From: Endomicrobiales bacterium
GTDB taxonomy: Bacteria; Elusimicrobiota; Endomicrobiia; Endomicrobiales; CAWCFT01
Reading direction: 5' to 3'
NCBI GenBank assembly: GCA_963794945.1
Contig: CAWCFT010000011.1
Location: 64,001 to 128,000, forward strand
DNA length: 64,000 nt
Shown here: piece after piece, positions 63,679-64,000 of the stretch
Layout: each line of letters starts with the position of its first letter
How positions within the stretch are numbered: position 1 is the stretch's first letter
Notes under the pieces: generated by a model
Databases searched by the model: none
What the model was told of the DNA's origin: nothing
The model's input: the letters and a program-made list of their open reading frames with translations, nothing else
Translations under genes and position numbers: made by a program

Positions 63679-64000
63679 CTATCTTGATTTTAAATAATCT
63701 TCCATTAAAAACGGTTTTCCGTGGCCGGGATACACAGTTTTGATATTGAGTTTCATAATTTTATCGAGGCTTTCTTTAAGTTGAGTGAGATTTTCTACTA
63801 TCTGGGCATCCTCCGCCTTTTTGCGGTTAACGAACGTATCACCCACGATAAGATCGCCTTCGGCGGTGAAAATTCCGATCGAACCCGGTGTGTGGCCCGG
63901 TATATGGATGACTTTCGCCGCAAGGCCGTATTCTTCAAGGCTCTGCCCGTCCGAAAGCAGTATGTCGGGCTTGAATTTCGGGATGGCCGGGCTCTTCTGG
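63679..64000 (-). CDS. MBL-fold metallo-hydrolase, 3' part (runs off the window; not in the ORF track)
   Basis: Manual translation ...IHIPGHTPGSIG...LIVGD...VYPGHGKPFLMEDYLKSR*. Confidence 0.85.
   Translation of the reverse strand, partial: QKSPAIPKFKPDILLSDGQSLEEYGLAAKVIHIPGHTPGSIGIFTAEGDLIVGDTFVNRKKAEDAQIVENLTQLKESLDKIMKLNIKTVYPGHGKPFLMEDYLKSR

Overview
Bacterial chromosomal window from a diderm organism. The gene repertoire (PorV/PorQ-like barrel with FlgD-type C-terminal-domain proteins, O-antigen-ligase/TPR pairs) suggests Elusimicrobiota, which is an inference. About 16 genes are broken by small indels, most likely long-read consensus errors. Layout: 0-18.4 kb holds housekeeping and envelope genes (RNase HI, RND/TolC/TetR, TonB-dependent receptor, two O-antigen-ligase/TPR proteins, nth, IMPase, 4 tRNAs). 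18.4-37.5 kb is a minus-strand surface/glycan locus. 37.8-41.2 kb is a PAS two-component system. 41.4-48.8 kb is a YbhGFSR-like ABC exporter operon interrupted by an IS200 element. 50.8-62.2 kb is an extended kdp K+ uptake locus with a c-di-AMP riboswitch and a split KdpD. The best candidate for an undescribed system is the operon at 18.5-26.0 kb, which reads like a donor-strand pilus with no usher in the window. It encodes a major pilin, a PapD/DUF916-like chaperone, a tip subunit (carbohydrate-binding and glycosidase-like domains fused to the same pilin domain), an anchor subunit (only the pilin N-terminal strand plus a T9SS/FlgD-like sorting domain) and a PorV-like outer-membrane barrel. 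All domain calls are motif recognition by eye, with no database searches.
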